Shown one piece after another: positions 61,788 through 64,000 of a stretch of 64,000 bases of DNA. Position 1 is the first letter of the stretch. Every line of letters starts with the position of its first letter. A program made the position numbers and the translations under genes. This stretch comes from Tubiluchus corallicola (Eukaryota > Animalia > Priapulida): NCBI GenBank assembly GCA_030141605.1, contig JAQGDQ010000037.1:682001-746000 (forward strand), written 5' to 3'. The notes under the pieces are model-generated. The model saw only the letters and a list, made by a program, of their open reading frames with translations, ran no database searches and had not been told where the DNA came from.

Positions 61788-63334
61788 CCACATATATATA
61801 TATGTGGTACATGAGAAAACCTGAAATTCATATGCAATGGATTCAATTGATATAAACATTTCTATGTACAACAAAAAAGCGATTATTTCATTGAAAGAAC
61901 CTCCCTGAAAGGTTTTACTTTGAAGCTTATTATTTTTGCATTGTTGCCTTGTTGTGAGTCTGCGCATTTCCTTCAAAAAGAACAGAATCATTGATTATTA
62001 TTTTATATGAATATAATTTTTGATGTTTTTGAGAATATTTAAATCACTCTTTAATTATCCAACTTTTACCTTAACTGTGGAAAACAATCAATGTTCTAAC
62101 AGTATCTCGACATAATAAATACATTGTGTACGTGCTAATATTTATTTATACAATTTATTAAGGTGAAAAATTATATTAATGTATTACATTTTATTAGATT
62201 TTAGCAGAAGAGCTTTCAGAGTTAGCTCTATTCTTGGTAATAATCGTACTTTTCGTATTGGTTTCACATCTTTTCTATTTTAGGATTTTTTCCACCCATT
62301 GACAAGTTTCAAACTGACATACCAAAAGCTACGGTGAATGGAGAATCTGTTATTTTTATGGAGACGACAAAATTTTTACTGGAAAACAGAGCAGTGCTGG
62401 TAATTTTTAACGTTCAATGTAGTAGGAATACTTTTAAATCTCTTCATGGCATCATTATAGCAGAATCAGTCAGTTATCACAGTTTTGTTAAGGAAAAGAA
62501 CTTACCAATTTACCTGTTGTATTGTCATAGAAAGGATATTTTATTGGAGTCTTTCATTTATATTTTCGTCCAACAGGATTATAAAGCACTGCACACTCTC
62601 TAGTAGTTTTGCCTACTCTTCAATAAGGCCTACTCCACGATGGTTGACTCGTAAGTTCTATGTGCCCTGGCCCATGGGTAATGAATATAAAACAATTATT
62701 TTCTAAATCTGGAATTTTTTGGAGTTTTAAAATACTTGCAATTGTATTAGCACTTTGTTTCAAATGGCAGGCCCCATTGCCTCACACGATTATATTGTAT
62801 TTTTTCTGGCAGTACTTGGTTGATTGTGAACAATGATCAGCGTGGCAGATGTGTAACACTGTAGTATTGTTATTTTTTGTACCTTTGAATGGAGCACCGT
62901 ATTTAGAACAGAGACCATATGTCTGGATCAAAAAGAAACTAATTTGAAACTTACTTTTTTGCCTGTCAGTAAAGACTTATGCTAACCAATCTAACTTCTT
63001 GTGATCATAGACTTTTCTAGACTTTATTCTTTGTTGTATTGTTTTTCTGGGAAGAGATATTGTAAAAACAAACACATTTTCATTGGAACGTTAAGATCTA
63101 ACCAACTTTGGCGCTATCCTGTTTTTACCGTTAATACAATATTTATTGTTTTTTGTGTATTTATTTATACTGCAGTTTGCCGAAAGAGCTTTAGGACATC
63201 TGACAATATTACTGTCAAAAGAGCCCGTCAATATGGAGGAATATAGTTTTCTGCTAGCCAAATTACACAATTTGAGAGGAAGCTACGAAGAGAGCCTTAA
63301 TTGCATCAATGAAGCACTGGAGCATGATGTTGGG
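39115..63334 (+). CDS. CFAP70: Cilia- and flagella-associated protein 70 (TTC18), 5' part; gene continues past the window end
   Basis: Phase-consistent exons 39115-39261, 40530-40719, 42132-42230, 42662-42792, 43896-44066, 45789-45898, 46740-46797, 47693-47787, 48660-48771, 51841-51901, 52891-52973, 53726-53877, 54517-54577, 55616-55677, 55879-56062, 57333-57530, 58802-58882, 59641-59693, 60569-60684, 61483-61674, (62198-62236?), 62284-62399, 63176-63334. Motifs [52 protein letters not shown] and [29 protein letters not shown], followed by TPR-like repeats. Confidence 0.92.
44110..45180 (+). mobile_element. Decayed L2/Crack-like (CR1 group) LINE RT fragment in a CFAP70 intron
   Basis: [21 protein letters not shown]...[10 protein letters not shown]...[19 protein letters not shown]...[13 protein letters not shown], with later [13 protein letters not shown] and GPLLWNKL. 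Confidence 0.88.
49092..49420 (-). mobile_element. CR1 3'-terminal fragment, same family as the 37.2-38.7 kb element
   Basis: Aligns with 37205-37540 (for example TTTTAAATCAACAACTAAATTAAAGAAATTTTCAGGCAAAATGTTTTCTT). Confidence 0.8.
49880..50614 (+). mobile_element. Decayed RTE-like LINE 3' fragment with (GAA)n tail
   Basis: [39 protein letters not shown] and [24 protein letters not shown]. Ends in (GAA)n at 50595-50614, a tail type typical of RTE elements. Confidence 0.75.
53162..53255. repeat. (GA)n microsatellite
   Basis: Seen directly. Confidence 0.95.
57817..58665. mobile_element. Pogo-like MITE remnant; a second 5' copy begins at about 60060
   Basis: TAGTAGGTGCCGTTTATTAGACTCACGGTTAATAGAATCA at the start and TGAGTCTATTAAG..CATACTGT at the end (imperfect TIR). 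The copy at 60060 reads TACAGTAGGTGCCATGTATTAGACTCATGGTAATGTGGAATCA, and both copies contain AAAAACGTCT(G/A)GTACGGGC. Confidence 0.55.
60891..61288. mobile_element. hAT-like MITE remnant
   Basis: Imperfect TIRs: TAGGCTTTCATGAGG versus the reverse complement of the right end, CAGGGTTTCACGAGG. Internal CGAAA/TTCG repeats. No clear TSD. Confidence 0.45.
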
Positions 63335-63794
63335 GTAGTAATATTGTTCCATTGAATAAGTTCTTCAAAGTTCGTAAAATTCAACACATTTTGACAGGTC
63401 AACTGACAGATACTTAGTTATGGAACCAAATCGTTTTTAGTTTCAAAGAACTTTGCGAATATCTTTGTGACAAGTCTGTGCATTATAGCAAAGTACTTAA
63501 AACCCTCATTAATTGCAGCTAGTGGTAACACTTTGGTAACTAGTAATACTTCCAATGTGCTAAATGTTTCCAGTGTTATGTAACTGACTACCAAACTCAG
63601 TTATTAGGATATGTTTTTAATTTTATATTAACCAATAAAAATATTTCAGTTGTGGACTTTGTTTCTAAGCTTGAACACTGCTTTCCAACAGGCCTAGAAT
63701 ATGATTTCATCTACATGAAGCTGTTTTGTTTTCGGAATTTAGACAAAGGTTTTTTCTCTAAATGGTTTTTGGTCGTTCTTCGGTGATTACTGTG

Positions 63795-64000
63795 TCTGAA
63801 CAATATTAGAATTTCCAAAGTTGATGAAGGAGGCAAAGTTGTCATTATGGATAACCAAACTTATCGCATCAAAATTTTTGAACTGCTTAATGATGACCAA
63901 GTTTAGAAAAACTTCAAAAAACCTATTTACTGAAATGCAGTCTTCTTTTAGCAAAAATCTGTATCTAATTATTTACGAGGTTATAAAGACACTCTGAGAT
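63795..64000 (+). mobile_element. Penelope-like retroelement RT fragment (degenerate), continuing off the window
   Basis: NNIRISKVDEGGKVVIMDNQTYRIKIFELLNDDQV* resembles the Penelope RT N-terminal motif I.I.KADKG..VVIMD...Y..K...LL.D...Y. Confidence 0.65.

Overview
AT-rich, intron-rich animal genomic DNA. The histone tails are protostome-like, probably arthropod-like, and a short (TTAGG)4 tract fits that; the taxon is an inference. Spliced gene models were read by hand, checking GT-AG sites and intron phases. In order the window holds: complete PSMA6 (minus, 7 exons, 246 aa) head-to-head with DTD1 (plus, 6 exons, 187 aa); two intact tandem 5-exon paralogs encoding 239-aa secreted proteins that consist only of a signal peptide and a CNTNAP/Neurexin-IV-type fibrinogen-like domain; a single replication-dependent histone quartet without H1 (<-H4 H3-> <-H2B H2A->); SLC35B2/PAPST1 (minus) head-to-head with CFAP70 (plus, 22 or more exons, running off the end), which has a double RFX X-box promoter. 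All four histone genes share an identical stem-loop and an unusually long, fixed-position downstream element. Introns and spacers contain decayed CR1, L2-like, RTE-like and Penelope-like retroelements, several MITEs, two long hairpins and microsatellites. The best candidates for novel biology are the stand-alone secreted Caspr-domain gene pair and the extended histone downstream element, which predicts this lineage's U7 snRNA guide sequence.
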